Made by a program: the position numbers and the translations under genes. DNA of 64,000 bases from Alphaproteobacteria bacterium (GTDB lineage Bacteria > Pseudomonadota > Alphaproteobacteria > UBA828), in assembly GCA_965220745.1 (NCBI GenBank), contig CBDCQT010000013.1, positions 480,001 to 544,000 on the forward strand. The letters run 5' to 3'. Under the pieces are notes generated by a model. That model saw only the letters and a list, made by a program, of their open reading frames with translations, did not search any database and had not been told where the DNA came from. Below, one piece after another: positions 10,334-19,565 of this stretch (the first letter of the stretch is position 1; each line of letters opens with the position of its first letter).

Positions 10334-10409
10334 GCCGCAGTAGCTCAGTCGGTAGAGCAATGCATTCGTAATGCATGGGTCGGGAGTTCGAATCTCTCCT
10401 GCGGCACCA
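10334..10409 (+). tRNA. tRNA-Thr(CGT)
   Basis: GCCGCAGTAGCTCAGTCGGTAGAGCA-ATGCA-TT-CGT-AA-TGCAT...GTTCGAATC..CCTGCGGCACCA, 76 nt. Confidence 0.97.
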
Positions 10410-10542
10410 GCCCCCGGATTCATGCGTTCCTACCCATTCTCGAAATCTGTTGTTTGGCGCGGGGATCTGACGCTGATCGGCACTGTAACCCATTGAGACA
10501 GCGAGGCTCTGGAGGGGGCAAAGTTCGGCGCCCATCAACACC

Positions 10543-11310
10543 GTGAGCTCCACGACTCTGCCCGAGCCGTGCCCGGATTGGGCATTGTTTCTCGACTTTG
10601 ACGGCTGCATCGTCGATATCGCGCCGACGCCGGAGGCCGTCGACGTTCCAGGCCGCTTGCCTTCGCTATTGGTCGCGTTGCGCGAGGCGTTGGGGGGCGC
10701 CGTCGCGATCGTAACAGGCCGACCCATCGACCAGATCGAGGGCTTTCTGGGCACTGCCGTCCCGGCTGTTGCCGGGTTGCACGGGCTTGAACGACGCACG
10801 TCGGATGGCAGGATCGTGCGTCCTTCCTTGCCACGGAGTGACTTGCACGTTGTCCGGGCGCTGCTGAAGGAGTTTGCGGCGCAGCGTCCGGGTATTCTCG
10901 TCGAGGACAAGACATACACTCTCGGCCTTCACTATCGCCTTGCCCCGTCGCTGCGAGATGACTGCAGGGATGTCGTGAACGCCGCCCTCAAGGTTGCTCC
11001 GCAGGGTTGGCAGGTCGTCGAAGGCAAGTTCGTATTCGAACTCAGACCGCGCGAGCACACCAAGGGTACAGCCATAGAAGCGTTCATGGGCGAAGCGCCG
11101 TTCCTCGGGCGAACGCCCGTATTCTGCGGTGATGACATCACCGACGAAGACGGATTCGAGGCCGTCAACGCGCGGGGCGGCGTGAGCATCCGCGTCGGCA
11201 CAGGCTCGGCCACGCGGGCAGCGACGCAGGTCGATACGGTCGGCGAACTGCTGGACTGGTTGCAGCGGGTGGCCGGCGCAACGGGGCCTATGCCTCCGAG
11301 AGCCGGGTGA
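10543..11310 (+). CDS. otsB: Trehalose-6-phosphate phosphatase
   Basis: LFLDFDG, VTGR, AGLHGLE, VEDK..LHYR, KGTAI, GDDITDEDGF. Confidence 0.93.
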   Translation: MSSTTLPEPCPDWALFLDFDGCIVDIAPTPEAVDVPGRLPSLLVALREALGGAVAIVTGRPIDQIEGFLGTAVPAVAGLHGLERRTSDGRIVRPSLPRSDLHVVRALLKEFAAQRPGILVEDKTYTLGLHYRLAPSLRDDCRDVVNAALKVAPQGWQVVEGKFVFELRPREHTKGTAIEAFMGEAPFLGRTPVFCGDDITDEDGFEAVNARGGVSIRVGTGSATRAATQVDTVGELLDWLQRVAGATGPMPPRAG

Positions 11311-12670
11311 CGAACCGCTCGAACCAGGCCTCCACACTGTTCGACCGGAGAACCTGCATCGATCTCCGCCAGCGCTCGCTCCGCTCCTCGGCAGGCATCA
11401 TGAGTGCCGTCTGGATGGTTTTGGCGACGCCTTCCACGTCATAGGGATTCACGATCAACGCGTCCGGCAGATGCTCGGCCGCTCCGGCGAAGCGCGAGAG
11501 TACGAGGACACCCGGATCGTTCGGCGGCTGGGATGCCAGATACTCCATGGCGACGAGATTCATGCCATCGCGCAAGGGCGTGACCAGGCCGACCTGCGCG
11601 AGACGCAGAAAGCCGAACAGGGTTCGCCGGCCGAAGCTCTTGTTCAGGTAGCGGATCGGTACCCAATCGACGTCCGCCAACTCACCGTTCACGTGTCCGG
11701 CCAGCGTCTCGAGCGTGCGCCGGATCTCGGAATACTCGGCGATCCCACCGCGGCTGGGGGGCGCGACCTGCATCAGGGAGACGCGGTTGAGGTGGCGGGG
11801 ATAGGCCCGCAGAAAATGTGCAAACGCATCGAAGCGCTGTACCAGTCCCTTCGAGTAGTCGAGCCGGTCCACGCCGATGATCAGCCGGCGCCCGGCGAGG
11901 CTGACCCGAAGGCGCTCGAATTCCCGGCTGCTCTCGGCCCTGGCCGCGTTGCGCTCGACATAACGAGTGTCGATGCCGATCGGATGGGTCTCGACCCTGA
12001 AGACCCTCCGGAACGCGCGAACGACTGCGCCTCCCTCTCGGTCCTCCACCCTGGCTCCCGCCTCGCGAACCAGATAGTCGAGAAGGTGAGCCCGGTCCGT
12101 CTCCGTCTGGAAGCCGACGAGATCGAAGTAGGAGAAGCAGCGCATGAGGTCCTTGTGCACCGGCAGGGTCGCGAGCAGCTCCCGCGGCGGCAGGGGTGTG
12201 TGCAGAAAGAGGCCCAACCGGTTCCGTATCCCGAGCCGGCGCAGTTCCTGGCCGAGCGGAATCAGGTGGTAATCGTGGACCCAGATCAGGTCGTCGGGCT
12301 GCAGCAGGCCGGCCAGCCTGCGGGCGAACTCCCTGTTGACGCGCCGATAGCCGGTGTAGTTGCCGCGATCGAAGTTGACGAGATCGATGCGATAATGAAA
12401 CAGCGGCCAGAGCGTGGAGTTCGCGAAGCGATTGTAATACTCCTCGTGGTCGCGTTCGCTGAGATCCACGGTGGCGCGGGCAAGTCGTCCGCTCTCGGTT
12501 ACCCTCACAGTCTCGTCGGGAACGGCGACCACCTCGCCACTCCAACCGAACCAGACACCCCCGGAGCGCCGCAAGGCCGCGAGCACAGCCACGGCCAGAC
12601 CGCCCGCAGCAGTCTTGCCCTCGTTGACCGGCGCAACCCGGTTGGATACGACGACAATGCGATTCGTCAT
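11288..12670 (-). CDS. otsA: Trehalose-6-phosphate synthase
   Basis: VVSNR, AGGLAV, WPLFHY, IWVHDYHL, GVDRLDYSKG, RDGMNLVA. Confidence 0.96.
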   Translation of the reverse strand: MTNRIVVVSNRVAPVNEGKTAAGGLAVAVLAALRRSGGVWFGWSGEVVAVPDETVRVTESGRLARATVDLSERDHEEYYNRFANSTLWPLFHYRIDLVNFDRGNYTGYRRVNREFARRLAGLLQPDDLIWVHDYHLIPLGQELRRLGIRNRLGLFLHTPLPPRELLATLPVHKDLMRCFSYFDLVGFQTETDRAHLLDYLVREAGARVEDREGGAVVRAFRRVFRVETHPIGIDTRYVERNAARAESSREFERLRVSLAGRRLIIGVDRLDYSKGLVQRFDAFAHFLRAYPRHLNRVSLMQVAPPSRGGIAEYSEIRRTLETLAGHVNGELADVDWVPIRYLNKSFGRRTLFGFLRLAQVGLVTPLRDGMNLVAMEYLASQPPNDPGVLVLSRFAGAAEHLPDALIVNPYDVEGVAKTIQTALMMPAEERSERWRRSMQVLRSNSVEAWFERFVTRLSEA

Positions 12671-12755
12671 GGGTGTCGCGATACCCCACGATTGGAATCA
12701 TTCGACTCGTCCCGACGACGCAAACCCGGCGGGAACAGGCGTCGGACTCATACCA

Positions 12756-14534
12756 TCAGAACGCATCCTCCCATGGCCGGGAGAGCTTGATCGCCGAGGT
12801 GATCAACCCGACCATGCTGTAGGTCTGTGGGAAGTTCCCCCACAACTCTCCCGTCTTCGGATCGAGGTCTTCCGACAGGAGGCCCATCGAGTTGCATGAG
12901 GCGAGCATGTTTTCGAACAGCCGCCGCGCCTCATCCCGTCTGCCGAGGGCCGCGATGGCATCGATGTACCAGAACGTGCAAACGTTGAACGCATTCTCTG
13001 GCGCCCCGAAATCGTCCGTTTCGACATATCGAAACACGTGATCGCCGCGACGCAGTTCGCGTTCGACCGCTGCCACGGTGTCACTGAAACGCGGATACCA
13101 GGCGCTGCAATACGAAATCTCGTGCATGAGCAACAAAGCCGCGTCGATTTCGCTGCCTCCGAACGCGCTCACATAGCACCGCTTTTCCTCGTTCCAGGCC
13201 TCGCGCTCGATGCATTCCCTGATCGTTTCGGCGCGTGCGCCCCACAACTCGGCGCGATCCTCGAGTTCGAGATGGCGGGCGATGAGCGCGAGGCGGTCGC
13301 AGGCCGCCCAGCACATGAGGACCGAAAACGTGTGGATGCGCTCGGTGCCGCGAAGCTCCCAGATGCCCGCGTCCACCTTGTCGTAGAGCCGGAACGCCGC
13401 TTCGCCGACCCGTTCCAGCACGCGGAACAAGCTCTCGTCTCCTTGCAAATCGATTCGCTCGTCGAAAAACGCCTGCGCGCAGGCGAGGATGACGGTGCCG
13501 TAGACGTCATTCTGGGTCTGGACATAGGCGAGATTGCCGGCGCGCACCGGCTGGTGATCGCGATAGCCCCGGAGAGAATCGATCTCGCGCTCCGTAAGCT
13601 CGGTCTCCATGTTGATGCCGAACACCGGCTGGAGCGTGCCGTCAGGGCTCGCGGCGACGATGTTCAGGATGTAGTTGAGATACTCTTCCATGGTGCGGGT
13701 GATGCCCAGGCGATTGAATGCGCGAACGACGAAATAGGAATCGCGCAGCCAGCAAAAGCGGTAATCCCAGGTGCGGGAGGTTCCGTTCGCCTCGGGTACG
13801 GACGTGGTGATGGCGGCCACCATGGCGCCGGTCTCTTCGACCTCGCACAGCTTGAGCGTGATGGCCGCCCGGATCACGGAGCTCTGCCATTCGAATGGCA
13901 GCGCGAGGTAACGGACCCATTCCCGCCAATAGTCCTCCGTCCTTTCGAAGAACTCTCGGGAAAGCTCCGCGATGTCTCGTTCGAGGGAGTCATCAGGGCC
14001 GAGAATGAGGTCCAACGGGCGGTTCAGCAGGAACGCCGTCTCCTCGAGCACGAAAGAAACCGGCGCGTTGGTGGTGAGCCGCAGGACGTGGTCGGGCAGG
14101 ACGTAACGCACGTGATTGCTGCCGCGCGTGACGGTCGGCCGCTCGGCACCGTAGTTCCCGGCCGGCCGCAGCCTTACGCGGACATGCGGGCTGCCGGAGA
14201 GCGGAATCAGCCGGCGTACCAGAGTCAGGGGGCGCGCGAGGCGGCCGTGCCGCTTGAAGCGTGGTGCGAAGTCCTGGACCTTGAGCGCATCGCCGGACTT
14301 GCTGCGCAGCGTCGTTTCGACGATCGCCGTATTCGGCAGATAGCGCTGCTCGCTGGTGGCGAGGTCGTCGAGCTCCACCTCATAGAAGCCAACGGGTTCG
14401 ATCGGCTGCAGCAGATCGCAGAATACCGGGTTGCCGTCGAAACGGGGCATGCACGCCCAGACCAGGCGCGCCCGCGAGTCGAGCAGGCCCGCATAGGTGC
14501 AGTTCCCGATGATGGCGAGATCAAGCGAGTGCAT
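12756..14534 (-). CDS. GH15 glycoside hydrolase (trehalase-like)
   Basis: IGNC, AAITTSVPE, WDYRFCWLRD, GIWELRG, SED..GNFPQTYS. Confidence 0.92.
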   Translation of the reverse strand: MHSLDLAIIGNCTYAGLLDSRARLVWACMPRFDGNPVFCDLLQPIEPVGFYEVELDDLATSEQRYLPNTAIVETTLRSKSGDALKVQDFAPRFKRHGRLARPLTLVRRLIPLSGSPHVRVRLRPAGNYGAERPTVTRGSNHVRYVLPDHVLRLTTNAPVSFVLEETAFLLNRPLDLILGPDDSLERDIAELSREFFERTEDYWREWVRYLALPFEWQSSVIRAAITLKLCEVEETGAMVAAITTSVPEANGTSRTWDYRFCWLRDSYFVVRAFNRLGITRTMEEYLNYILNIVAASPDGTLQPVFGINMETELTEREIDSLRGYRDHQPVRAGNLAYVQTQNDVYGTVILACAQAFFDERIDLQGDESLFRVLERVGEAAFRLYDKVDAGIWELRGTERIHTFSVLMCWAACDRLALIARHLELEDRAELWGARAETIRECIEREAWNEEKRCYVSAFGGSEIDAALLLMHEISYCSAWYPRFSDTVAAVERELRRGDHVFRYVETDDFGAPENAFNVCTFWYIDAIAALGRRDEARRLFENMLASCNSMGLLSEDLDPKTGELWGNFPQTYSMVGLITSAIKLSRPWEDAF

Positions 14535-14677
14535 CCCCACCCCTTTGCCGCAAGCCCGGCATCGTCACCCCGGATTCGGCAGTATACCATCGCGCCGATG
14601 GGGCACTGACCGGCCGCGACGCCGGAACCGGTCGCCGGATGCGTGGCCGGCCTAGCGGCTGGCTGAATCGGCCCTGT

Positions 14678-16447
14678 CTAGTGAGAGTGCCGGGGCAGCT
14701 TCGCCGACACGGAGCGATAGCGGGTCGCGAATTCCAGACAGCCACCATCCGCCAGCTGCCCGACGTGAGCGCGATAGAGCTCCTCCCATGGCGTGTGGTG
14801 TTCGAGCTCGGCGGGCGTGTGGGCGGCGCGGCGGGTCGCCAGGGTTTCCTCGGGCTGCAGAATGTCGACCCGCCGGCGGCGGAGGTCGACCCTGAGCCGG
14901 TCGCCTGTCTCCAGGATTGCGAGGTTGCCGCCGACGGCGCTTTCGGGGCTGGCGTTCAGGATCGAGGGACTGCCGGAGGTGCCGGACTGCCGACCGTCGC
15001 CGATTGTCGGCAGCTCATGGATGCCCGCCCGTATGAGCTCCGCCGGCGGCTGCATGTTCACGACTTCTGCCGATCCGGGATATCCGACGGGCCCGGTGCC
15101 GCGCATCACCAGGATGCTGGTCTCGTCGATCCCGAGCGTCGGGTCGTCGATGCGGGCTCGATAGTCTTCCGGACCGTCGAAGACGATGGCTCTCCCCTCG
15201 AACGCGTCGGGGTCGTCGGCGGACTCGAGAAAACGGGCGCGAAAGCTGTCGGAGATCCCGCTCGTCTTCATGATCGCAGCGCTGAAGAGGTTGCCGCTCA
15301 TGACCACGAATCCGGCCCGTTCCTTCAGCGGCCTGTCGAACGGGCGGATGACATCCTCGTCGGATGGCGCGGCGCGGGCGACGTTCTCCGCCACCGTCCT
15401 GCCGTTCACCGTGGAAGCATCGCCGTTCAGCTTTCCCGCGCGCAGGAGCTCTCCCATGACGGCGGGCACGCCGCCGGCGCGGTGATAGTCCTCCGCCAGG
15501 TAGTCGCCGGCCGGCTGGCAGTTGACCAGCAGCGGCACGTCGTAGCCCACCGCCTGCCAGTCTTCGAGCGTGAGTTCGACGCCGATGTGACGCGCGATCG
15601 CATTGATATGAATGGGCGCGTTGGTCGAACCGCCGATCGCGCTGTTGACCGCGATGGCGTTCTCGAAGGCGGCGCGGGTCAGGACCTTCGCCGGCGTGAG
15701 ATCCTCGTGGATCATCGAGACGATTCTCCGGCCGGTCTCGTAGGCGTACTGGGCCCGCTCCTTGTTCGGTGCGGGCGGCGTGGCCGAACCCGGCAGCGAC
15801 ATGCCGAGTGCTTCGGCGAGCGAGTTCATGGTGGACGCCGTTCCCATGGTGTTGCAGTGGCCAGGGCTCGGCGCCGACGAGGCCACCATCTCGATGAACT
15901 CCTCGTCGGTGATGTTACCGGCGGCGAGCAGCCGGCGGGCTTCCCAGAGGATGGTGCCCGAACCGGCTCGGCGGCCCTCCCACCAGCCGTTCAGCATCGG
16001 GCCGCCATTGAGCGAGACCGCGGGGAGGTTCGCCGTCGCTGCCGCCATGATCATCGCCGGCGTGGTCTTGTCGCAGCCCGTCGTCAAGATGACGCCGTCG
16101 ATCGGATAGCCGTGCAGGATCTCCACCAGGCCCAGGTAGGCGAGATTGCGGTCGATAGCAGCCGTCGGCCGTCGGCCGCTTTCCTGGATCGGGTGAACCG
16201 GAAATTCGAGGGGGATGCCGCCTGCCTCGCGGATGCCGGCCCGCATGCGTTCCGCCAAGCTCTGGTGGATGCGGTTGCATGGCGAGAGGTCGGACCCTGT
16301 CTGCGCGATCCCGACGATGGGCTTGCCGGATTGCAGTTCTTCGCGGGTCAGGCCGAAGTTCATGTAGCGCTCGATATAAAGTGCGGTCATGCCGGGATCG
16401 AGGGGATCGTCGAACCAGCTTCGGCTGCGAAGCGTTTTCCGGGCCAT
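14678..16447 (-). CDS. IlvD/Edd family sugar-acid dehydratase (xylonate-dehydratase-like)
   Basis: SDLSPCN, TGCDKTTP, GHCNTMGTAS, GGSTN, GYPGSAE, GDGRQSGTSGS. Confidence 0.9.
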   Translation of the reverse strand: MARKTLRSRSWFDDPLDPGMTALYIERYMNFGLTREELQSGKPIVGIAQTGSDLSPCNRIHQSLAERMRAGIREAGGIPLEFPVHPIQESGRRPTAAIDRNLAYLGLVEILHGYPIDGVILTTGCDKTTPAMIMAAATANLPAVSLNGGPMLNGWWEGRRAGSGTILWEARRLLAAGNITDEEFIEMVASSAPSPGHCNTMGTASTMNSLAEALGMSLPGSATPPAPNKERAQYAYETGRRIVSMIHEDLTPAKVLTRAAFENAIAVNSAIGGSTNAPIHINAIARHIGVELTLEDWQAVGYDVPLLVNCQPAGDYLAEDYHRAGGVPAVMGELLRAGKLNGDASTVNGRTVAENVARAAPSDEDVIRPFDRPLKERAGFVVMSGNLFSAAIMKTSGISDSFRARFLESADDPDAFEGRAIVFDGPEDYRARIDDPTLGIDETSILVMRGTGPVGYPGSAEVVNMQPPAELIRAGIHELPTIGDGRQSGTSGSPSILNASPESAVGGNLAILETGDRLRVDLRRRRVDILQPEETLATRRAAHTPAELEHHTPWEELYRAHVGQLADGGCLEFATRYRSVSAKLPRHSH

Positions 16448-16575
16448 GAGCACTCCTCCCAAGTTGCCGCTCTCAACTTAGCGAGCGGATGCATCACCGG
16501 GAAGGCGCTCAACATGTCGTGGAACTGGGATACTCTGGTCTGGCCGAGACGCCGGCCGGCAATGCCGCAAACCAA

Positions 16576-16593
16576 TTAGCGTTCATGCGCTAA
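16576..16593. promoter_or_regulatory. Inverted repeat TTAGCG-N6-CGCTAA in a divergent promoter region
   Basis: Palindrome between the ilvD-like and enolase-family genes; possible operator. Confidence 0.3.
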
Positions 16594-16625
16594 GAACCTC
16601 CGCAACGCCCATGGAGCCCCGATCG

Positions 16626-17726
16626 ATGACGCCCGAAACACTGACCTTCCACAGCGTCGACGTGCGCGCTGTTGTTCTCAAGCTGAGGCGGCCCGTTGTC
16701 GCCAAGATCGCGACCATTACGGACTGGCCGCTCATCCTGATCGATCTGAAGACCGAGGAAGGGGTCGTCGGCCGCAGCTATCTGGAGCCCTACATTGTCA
16801 AGTCGATGAACTATCTCGTGCCGGCCTTGCACGACATGGGGGCGATGCTCAAAGGCGAAAGGCTGGCGCCGGCCGAAATCTACGAAACCGCCCGAAAGTC
16901 GCTGCATTTCGTCGGTTACGAAGGCATGTCAATGATCGCCGTTTCCGGCATCGACATGGCAGCCTGGGACGCCCTGGCCAGAGCCGCCGGCATGCCGCTC
17001 TGCACATTGCTCGGCGCCTCGCCCGGCACGGTGCGCGCCTACAACAGCAATGGGCTCTGGCTCAAGTCTCCGGCCGAAGTTGCCGCCGAGGCCATCGAGA
17101 TCCGCGACGAGGGACAGTTCGATGGCGTGAAACTGCGTCTCGGCCGGGACGATCCCAAGGACGACCTCGCCACGATCGATGCGGTTCGCCGGACGGTTGG
17201 CGAAGACATGCACTTGATGATCGATTTCAATCAGGGTCTGGATATGGCGGAGGCATTACGCCGGTGCCACATGCTCGACGATCTTGGACTGACCTGGCTG
17301 GAAGAGCCGGTGGTCTATGACAACTTCGACGGATACGCCCAACTCGCGCGGGAACTCAAGACGCCCCTGCAGATTGGCGAGAATTTCTACGGACCGCGCG
17401 ATCTGCACAAGGCATTGCGTTCCGGGGCCTGCGACTACGTGATGCCGGATTTCATGCGCATCGGCGGGGTCACCGGATGGATGCGCGCGGCAGCCATTGC
17501 GGGTGCGGCCGGCATCCCGATGTCAACGCACCTCTATCCCGAGTTCGGCGCCCATGTGATGCGGGCGACCGAAACCGCACATTGGCTGGAGTGGCAGGAC
17601 TGGGCCGATCCGATCCTGCAAAAGCCCTATGAGATCAAGGACAGCCATTTGCACATCCCGGATGTGCCTGGGGTGGGCCTGGACTGGAACGAAGATGTCG
17701 TCGCCAGAAACCTGTACGAGGCCTGA
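16626..17726 (+). CDS. Mandelate racemase/muconate lactonizing enzyme (enolase superfamily)
   Basis: SGIDMAAWD, metal ligands IDFNQ / WLEEP / IGEN, MPD, STH, PGVG. Confidence 0.9.
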   Translation: MTPETLTFHSVDVRAVVLKLRRPVVAKIATITDWPLILIDLKTEEGVVGRSYLEPYIVKSMNYLVPALHDMGAMLKGERLAPAEIYETARKSLHFVGYEGMSMIAVSGIDMAAWDALARAAGMPLCTLLGASPGTVRAYNSNGLWLKSPAEVAAEAIEIRDEGQFDGVKLRLGRDDPKDDLATIDAVRRTVGEDMHLMIDFNQGLDMAEALRRCHMLDDLGLTWLEEPVVYDNFDGYAQLARELKTPLQIGENFYGPRDLHKALRSGACDYVMPDFMRIGGVTGWMRAAAIAGAAGIPMSTHLYPEFGAHVMRATETAHWLEWQDWADPILQKPYEIKDSHLHIPDVPGVGLDWNEDVVARNLYEA

Positions 17727-17770
17727 CCGCCCGATTCCCTAAACGCTGTGACGGTGCCCAGAAGGCCAGG

Positions 17771-19549
17771 CTAGCCGTTGCGCAGCTGCTCCGTTGCGGC
17801 CTTGTCCAGCCCGCCGGCGTCGTCGAGGGCCACGCGGTAGGTCTCGTGGGCGGCCTCGGGCGAGACCCAGCGTTCGCGCACGTCGATGGCTACCTGTTCC
17901 GCCGGGCGCTCGGTCGGCGCGCCGTAGCCGCCACCGCCGCAGGAGTAGGAGACGATGGTGTGGCCCTGGGGGATGATTGCCTGGGCGCAGGGGTCGAGCT
18001 GGTGCAGGTCGCCGTTGGCATCGCGCCGGAACTGGTTGGCCCGCCCGCCTGCGGTGCCGCCGCGCGCACCCTCGGGCGGCGTGACGTTGCCGTCGCTGAC
18101 GTAGCCGACCTCGAGGTCGCCCTCGGTTGGCCCGAACTCGCAATAGACCCCGGCACCGCCCCGCGTGCGGCCGTGGCCGCCTGAATCGGTGAGGAAGTGC
18201 CGGCCGCGCACGGTGAGCGGGAAGCGCATCTCGTCGAGCTCGATGGAATCCTGATAGGACATGCCGGCGTTGCCGAGATGGCCGATCGAAATCCAGGCGT
18301 CGGCCTGGGCGCTCGCCGCGCCGCCGCCCCAGCCGAGGAAGATCTGATTGACGTAGGGGCCCTTGGTCTTCTCGCTGTGGCCTGAGATGACGCCGAGCGA
18401 GGGCGGGATGATGGAGCCTGTGCTCGCCATGCCGTAACCGTCGCCGAGGTCCGCGATCGCCCGGCTCACCGCGTTGCCGACGCGGTCGGCGAGATTGGTC
18501 GTCGCCACCGAGCAGCTGGTCGGGTGCCTGGGAATGCCGCAGACGGTGTTCTCCTTGAGGTGCATGCGCACCCGGCGGAAGGAGCCGGTATTGGTGGGCA
18601 CCGCGTCGGGGATGCTGTTGAAGACGCCGAGCAGCAGTGTGCTCTCGCAGCAGGCCTGCGAGAGGTTGAGGCCGCAGGGCATCGCGTCCGGGTTGTCGCG
18701 GAGGTCGATGTCGATCATCGCTTCCTCGGGGTCGACGTCGACCACGATCTTGACCGGAATGCCGTCCTCGGCGTTGGGGAAGGGGTCGTGCATCGAGTTG
18801 GTCACGGCCCGGCCCCCCGGCATCTTTCGCACGGCCGCGATCATCAGCTGCTCGCTGTAGTCGAACCACTGCTCGGCGAACTGGGCGAGGGTGTCCCAGC
18901 CGATCTCGTTGCCGAAGGCCATGATCTCGCGCTCGCCGATCCGCGCCGCGCCGAGCTCTGCCAGATAGTCGCCCCACCATTGCTCCGGCACGCGGATGCG
19001 GAGCCGGCACATGCGCACGATGTCCTCGATGTCCTCGTAATCGCGCTGGATCTGGACCGCCGGGAAGATCAGCGCGCCTTCCTCGTAAACGTCGCGCGCG
19101 CTGCCGTGATAGGTGGTGGCGATGGAATTGCCGCAGTCCGCTTGGTGCGCCTTGGCGACCATGGTGAAGCGGTGCACGCCCTCGTCGTCGATCACGGGCG
19201 CGAGGATGGTGTGGTCGGCCGGATGCGAGCAGCCGTGATAAGGAGAGTTGTGGAGGTAGGCGTCGCCCCGCTTGAGGTCGGCGTGAAACTCCTGCATCGA
19301 CTCGCACATCATATCGGCGCCGCGCAGAACGTGAATCGGCAGGCTTTCGTTGACGGTAAGCAGGCGGTTCTCGGCCGTGACGATGCAGCAGGAGAAGTCG
19401 CGCGCGCTGTTGAGCACGCCGGAGCGCCCAGTGCGCAGCAGCGTGTTGGCCATCTTGGCGCAGATGGCCTCCATCCGCTTGTTGATGATCGCCATCTGCA
19501 CGCCGTCGAGCGTGCCGTCTGCGTTGAGAGTCAGCGTATTCCTTGCCAT
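17771..19549 (-). CDS. Hydantoinase B/oxoprolinase family subunit
   Basis: ARDFSC, NSPYHGCSHPAD, AHQADCG, DSGGHGRTRGG, GGGGYG. Confidence 0.93.
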   Translation of the reverse strand: MARNTLTLNADGTLDGVQMAIINKRMEAICAKMANTLLRTGRSGVLNSARDFSCCIVTAENRLLTVNESLPIHVLRGADMMCESMQEFHADLKRGDAYLHNSPYHGCSHPADHTILAPVIDDEGVHRFTMVAKAHQADCGNSIATTYHGSARDVYEEGALIFPAVQIQRDYEDIEDIVRMCRLRIRVPEQWWGDYLAELGAARIGEREIMAFGNEIGWDTLAQFAEQWFDYSEQLMIAAVRKMPGGRAVTNSMHDPFPNAEDGIPVKIVVDVDPEEAMIDIDLRDNPDAMPCGLNLSQACCESTLLLGVFNSIPDAVPTNTGSFRRVRMHLKENTVCGIPRHPTSCSVATTNLADRVGNAVSRAIADLGDGYGMASTGSIIPPSLGVISGHSEKTKGPYVNQIFLGWGGGAASAQADAWISIGHLGNAGMSYQDSIELDEMRFPLTVRGRHFLTDSGGHGRTRGGAGVYCEFGPTEGDLEVGYVSDGNVTPPEGARGGTAGGRANQFRRDANGDLHQLDPCAQAIIPQGHTIVSYSCGGGGYGAPTERPAEQVAIDVRERWVSPEAAHETYRVALDDAGGLDKAATEQLRNG

Positions 19550-19565
19550 CGCCCGGCTCCCTGGG

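Noticed and set aside
10390-10540. Integrative element att site at tRNA-Thr or tRNA-Leu
   Set aside because: No integrase and no duplicated tRNA 3' end seen in the window.
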